Positions 25,765-27,226 of a stretch of DNA of 27,226 nt are shown here, in pieces. The translations under genes were made by a program, and so were the position numbers. Every line of letters begins with the position of its first letter. The stretch's first letter is position 1. The notes under the pieces were generated by a model that made no database searches, had not been told where the DNA came from, and saw only the letters and a program-made list of their open reading frames with translations. This stretch comes from a virus (taxonomy: Duplodnaviria; Caudoviricetes): the IMG/VR virus record IMGVR_UViG_3300032220_001536, positions 1 to 27,226 of that record. The stretch is one strand, 5' to 3'.

Positions 25765-27226
25765 CCCGTAAATTACTTCCTTACGAATATGATCTGATTG
25801 ACACATTAGGTGTCACAAAAGAAGAGTACCTTGAATTTCTAGCTGTTCAACAAGCATACACAGATTCTAAACAAGGTACCGTCCTAGACATTCAAAATGG
25901 TCCCGCAGTTGTAGCTATTGTTCTTGCTGTCATTGGCATTCTGGCGCAGGTTGCCTCCGTCCTCCTAGCACCAAAGCCGCGACTTCCCTCTACACCAGAA
26001 GCGTTTGGCCAGCGCCAAACCCGCGACCAGCGTTTCTCCCCTCGTTTCGGCTTCAACAGTCAGCAGGAACTGGCCAAGTATGGCGACCCCATCAACCTCG
26101 TCTACACCGACACAGCCATCAATCCCAATGGTGGCGTCCGGTTGGCAGCCTCATTGATCTGGTCCGCCGTTCGCAGTTACGGCTCCACCCAGTTTGTCCA
26201 GATGCTGATGGTACTCGGAGCTGGTGGTATCCGCTCCATCAACATCAGTAAAAGTGCCTTTGGACAAACAGCACTATCTGACATCACAGCAGAAAACAAA
26301 TGGCTGTACTTCCGCCCCAACGGCACCGGAGCATTGCAATGGGCTGACATCACGGGCGCCCAGTCTGTTGACGATCCGACGCTCTATGGCACATCCACAA
26401 ACAACCCATACCGCATCCAGACCACATCCGAGAACGTGCGGAGCGACGGGTTTAGCCAGGCTTACTCCCCAGCCACACAGAACAGCATCGGCATTTATGG
26501 CGTAGTGCCAATCAACGTCGAGGTGTACCAACGGAACGAAGCTGGAGACAAGGAAGCCGCGCCCCTAGGTATCTACTCCACCTGGAACTGGACATCCACC
26601 CAATCTGTTGGTACCGGATTTGAAGTCACCATCACCATTCAAGCAACCAATACAAACGTCAACGACGTCAATACCCAGGCACAGGAAACTCGCCGCGCAC
26701 TCGCTAGCACTTTTGACGACAGTGGTGTATTCAAACTCGGATCAGCAAAATTTCGCGTCAAGTCCATCAATGTTGGATCGCCAGATGAAAAAGACATGAT
26801 TGTAAAACTTGTGTGCATCGAGAACGGAAATGCTCCAGTTCTTGAGTACGCAAGTCAGACTATCGAAAGTGATAGCACACGGTTCAAGAATTCTGTTCTA
26901 AACAGGGCCGACTATACCGCAGCGGTAACTGTAACTAATGCTGCATACAATGCTGATCAACGTCAATACGAATCTTACAATGATGGAGAATACGTTGAGT
27001 ACAGCAAATTGCCATTCGACGACGTATTTAATAGCGACGGCATATACGGTCCACGGTTTGATTACGAATCTTTCATTGGTTACGAAAAGGATCGTAACTT
27101 TACACCTGCTGAACAGGGTGCTTACGCTACACTCCAACGACTAAACAACTTAATTGCTGCTTATGAATCCAATGATTACTTCTACACTAAAGCTTTAACC
27201 CGCTTTGAAGAAGCGTCGTACCAGAC
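25761..27226 (+). CDS. Central tail tip / host-specificity protein (gpJ-like), 3'-truncated by the window
   Basis: ATGA overlap; begins MTRKLLPYEYDLIDTLG..., hydrophobic segment then LLAPKP, FSPRFGFNSQQELAKYGDPINLVY; the same frame reads as sense at the window end. Confidence 0.75.
   Translation, partial: MTRKLLPYEYDLIDTLGVTKEEYLEFLAVQQAYTDSKQGTVLDIQNGPAVVAIVLAVIGILAQVASVLLAPKPRLPSTPEAFGQRQTRDQRFSPRFGFNSQQELAKYGDPINLVYTDTAINPNGGVRLAASLIWSAVRSYGSTQFVQMLMVLGAGGIRSINISKSAFGQTALSDITAENKWLYFRPNGTGALQWADITGAQSVDDPTLYGTSTNNPYRIQTTSENVRSDGFSQAYSPATQNSIGIYGVVPINVEVYQRNEAGDKEAAPLGIYSTWNWTSTQSVGTGFEVTITIQATNTNVNDVNTQAQETRRALASTFDDSGVFKLGSAKFRVKSINVGSPDEKDMIVKLVCIENGNAPVLEYASQTIESDSTRFKNSVLNRADYTAAVTVTNAAYNADQRQYESYNDGEYVEYSKLPFDDVFNSDGIYGPRFDYESFIGYEKDRNFTPAEQGAYATLQRLNNLIAAYESNDYFYTKALTRFEEASYQ

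Larger units (their letters stand above)
1..27226 (+). mobile_element. Tailed phage/prophage genome segment (siphovirus-type head-neck-tail module plus early accessory genes)
   Basis: Colinear portal, MuF, protease/scaffold, capsid, neck, tail tube, chaperones, tape measure and tail-tip genes, mostly with overlapping or closely spaced stop/start codons; no host housekeeping genes. Phage and prophage cannot be distinguished. Confidence 0.95.

Overview
The window is part of a tailed phage or prophage genome with a siphovirus-type morphogenesis module. A cyanobacterial (Synechococcus-like) host is plausible from gene style, but the sequence alone does not show it. Order: small paralogous early ORFs (1-1568), HNH nuclease (-), a 5 x 21-bp phased repeat array, DUF1073-type portal with a C-terminal extension, an ~8 kb accessory block (4092-12185) surrounding a MuF/SPP1 gp7-like head protein, an XRE HTH regulator (-), DUF2213-type protease/scaffold, decoration protein, DUF2184-type major capsid, neck genes, tail tube, frameshifted tail chaperones, tape measure with an embedded NlpC/P60 domain, and tail-tip genes running off the end. 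No terminase is visible. The most notable signal is the accessory block, which looks like a modular head-cargo effector system. Six modules share a leader ending in R-x-D, an exact CG-x3-I-x5-C motif and a Gly/Ala-rich hydrophobic segment, and four ORFs end in a DS-x-[YW]-x-x-G tail. Their payloads differ: alpha/beta-hydrolase, J-domain, ADP-ribosyltransferase and unknown domains. R-x-D also sits at the N-termini of portal, protease and capsid, suggesting a shared prohead-protease site. The full ADP-ribosyltransferase module appears reachable only by a -1 frameshift at G GGA AAG (11331-11337). Family names come from motif recognition by eye; no database search was run.
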